From positions 137,022,001 through 137,086,000 of the forward strand of contig CM059432.1 in assembly GCA_030390025.1 (NCBI GenBank): a stretch of DNA of 64,000 bases. The letters run 5' to 3'. Positions 63,429-64,000 of this stretch are shown piece after piece. Under the pieces are notes generated by a model. It saw only the letters and a list, made by a program, of their open reading frames with translations, had not been told where the DNA came from and made no database searches. Both the position numbers and the translations under genes were made by a program. How positions within the stretch are numbered: the first letter of the stretch is position 1; each line of letters begins with the position of its first letter. The DNA comes from Squalus acanthias. Lineage: Eukaryota.

Positions 63429-64000
63429 CGACTGAGGTTATATATATATATCTTCTGCTTTGCATCCCAACTTTTAGATTCCATACCTCTTGCCATAAAA
63501 CCCTGTATTCCATTAGCTTCTTTATGGCCTTATCCACTTGAGGTGCTGCTTTTAATGGCTTGCGAACCTGAACCCCCAAACCCCCCCTGCTCTTCTACAT
63601 CACCCAATCTTCTTCCATTCAAAGTATAATTATTATGTTTTTAAACCAAAATGCACCACCTGGCACTGACTGACATTGATTTCAACTTTGCCACTTTTTT
63701 GCCCATTTCACAATCTTGTCAATATCCCCCGCAGTTCCCATTGGTCCCCAGAATTATTTACTGTTCTTTCTATGTTATTATTGTCTGTAAATTTTCACTC
63801 CACTCCCTGTAGCCCTACATCCAAATCGTTGAAGTATGCAGTGAACAGAAGTGGTCCCAGAACAGACCCCTTTGGGACACCTCTACCCACTTTCAAACAC
63901 TCGGAGAGATTGCTCTACCTCCTATTCCATGTTTCCTCCCTGCTAACCAGTTTTTAATCCAACTTGCTACCCTTCTCCTAATTCCATACCCATTGATCAT

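Overview
Repeat-dense vertebrate DNA, most likely from a shark or other cartilaginous fish (inferred from DeuSINE/SacSINE1-type SINEs, CR1 and L2 LINE tails and Penelope fragments). I found no host protein-coding gene I can name, so the window looks intronic or intergenic. Nearly all ORFs in the track are retrotransposon debris or chance. Main contents: (1) a ~5.2-kb decayed but architecturally complete PIF/Harbinger transposon (36525-41706) with a DDE transposase pseudogene, a convergent 3-exon Myb/SANT-like gene and a 640-bp foldback upstream of the transposase; (2) many non-autonomous Harbinger-type elements (GGG/GGC-starting TIRs, 3-bp TSDs), one family of which carries a chain of co-varying hairpins overlapping a conserved splice-site-bounded cassette; (3) four Penelope-type terminal fragments with minimal hammerhead ribozyme motifs; (4) a recent 531-bp templated duplication, a dimeric 65-bp tandem repeat, an LF-SINE-like relic and enhancer-like unique islands. 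All calls were made by eye; repeat boundaries are approximate unless junction sequences are quoted.
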